Source: Actinospica sp.
Lineage (GTDB): Bacteria; Actinomycetota; Actinomycetes; Streptomycetales; Catenulisporaceae
Reading direction: 5' to 3'
Length of the DNA: 24,000 nt
NCBI RefSeq assembly: GCF_035552695.1
Contig: NZ_DASZKT010000180.1
Location: forward strand, 4,536-28,535
Within the stretch, counting starts at the first letter, position 1, and each line of letters begins with the position of its first letter. Shown here piece by piece: positions 23,786 through 24,000 of the stretch. Both the position numbers and the translations under genes were made by a program. The notes beneath the pieces were generated by a model that saw only the letters and a list, made by a program, of their open reading frames with translations, did not search any database and had not been told where the DNA came from.

Positions 23786-24000
23786 GTGACCAAGAGGTTG
23801 GCGGATGTGGCCGCTTTCGCCGGAGTGAGCGTGGCGACGGTGCGGCGGGTGTTGGGCGACAAGCCGGGGATCGCGCCGGCGACCAAGGCCGCGGTGCTCA
23901 CCGCGCTCGACGTGTTCGGCCTCAACCGGCCGGCCAAGTTCCGCACCGCGAAAGACGGCCTGGTCGGCCTCGTCGTCCCCGATCTGCAGAACCCGATCTT
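23786..24000 (+). CDS. LacI family transcriptional regulator, N-terminal 71 codons (continues off the right edge)
   Basis: From GTG 23786 it reads VTKRLADVAAFAGVSVATVRRVLGDKPGIAPATKAAVLTALDVFGLNRPAKFR...LVGLVVPDLQNPI, which is the LacI HTH followed by the first periplasmic-binding-fold strand. A TACGCT hexamer lies 6 nt upstream of the GTG, so the mRNA may be leaderless. Confidence 0.85.
   Translation, partial: MTKRLADVAAFAGVSVATVRRVLGDKPGIAPATKAAVLTALDVFGLNRPAKFRTAKDGLVGLVVPDLQNPI

Noticed and set aside
23419-23946. 175-aa minus-strand ORF
   Set aside because: The upstream two-thirds is antisense to the LacI gene and its promoter and has no protein-like features. The distal part belongs to the MmyB-like relic.
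1-24000. tRNA, rRNA, transposase/integrase, or terminal inverted repeats of a mobile element
   Set aside because: I recognised none in any non-coding gap. All gaps are short and lack cloverleaf-compatible or IS-like structure.

Overview
High-GC actinobacterial chromosomal DNA: third codon positions are almost all G/C, and one hand-counted line of the GS-like gene is about 70% GC. I saw no rRNA, tRNA, CRISPR array or transposase/integrase. All calls rest on reading the translations for motifs from memory; no database search was possible. Left part (1-8310): the N-terminal stub of an FAH-family gene, a secreted AttH/CrtC-like lipocalin-domain protein, a PucR-family regulator, a 1320-aa Tat-exported GH2 glycosidase with an internally duplicated module and a C-terminal discoidin/CBM32 domain, a frameshifted and truncated secreted-protein relic, and ynfA. 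Centre (8466-16806) is the most interesting part. It is a tightly packed same-strand cluster: glutamine-synthetase-like ligase, Ntn class-II amidotransferase, GXGXG protein, FMN glutamate-synthase-like protein, monomeric sarcosine-oxidase-type flavoprotein, HTH-cupin (PuuR-like) regulator, APC permease and a USP-like ORF. I read it as a compact variant of the gamma-glutamylamide / N-alkylglutamate amine-catabolic route. A single-subunit oxidase sits where the four-subunit N-methylglutamate dehydrogenase normally is, and the transporter is APC-type rather than Amt-type. Right part (16843-24000): an alpha/beta-hydrolase with a divergent MmyB-like regulator, a compositionally atypical orphan Smr-domain gene, a redoxin gene followed by a decayed MOSC-FNR-2Fe2S oxidoreductase, an apparently leaderless ArsR-SRPBCC pair, an SRPBCC stub, an APH-family kinase, a decayed second MmyB-like gene and the start of a LacI-family regulator. 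Many long ORFs in the supplied track are antisense or out-of-frame shadow ORFs typical of high-GC DNA, and I rejected them.
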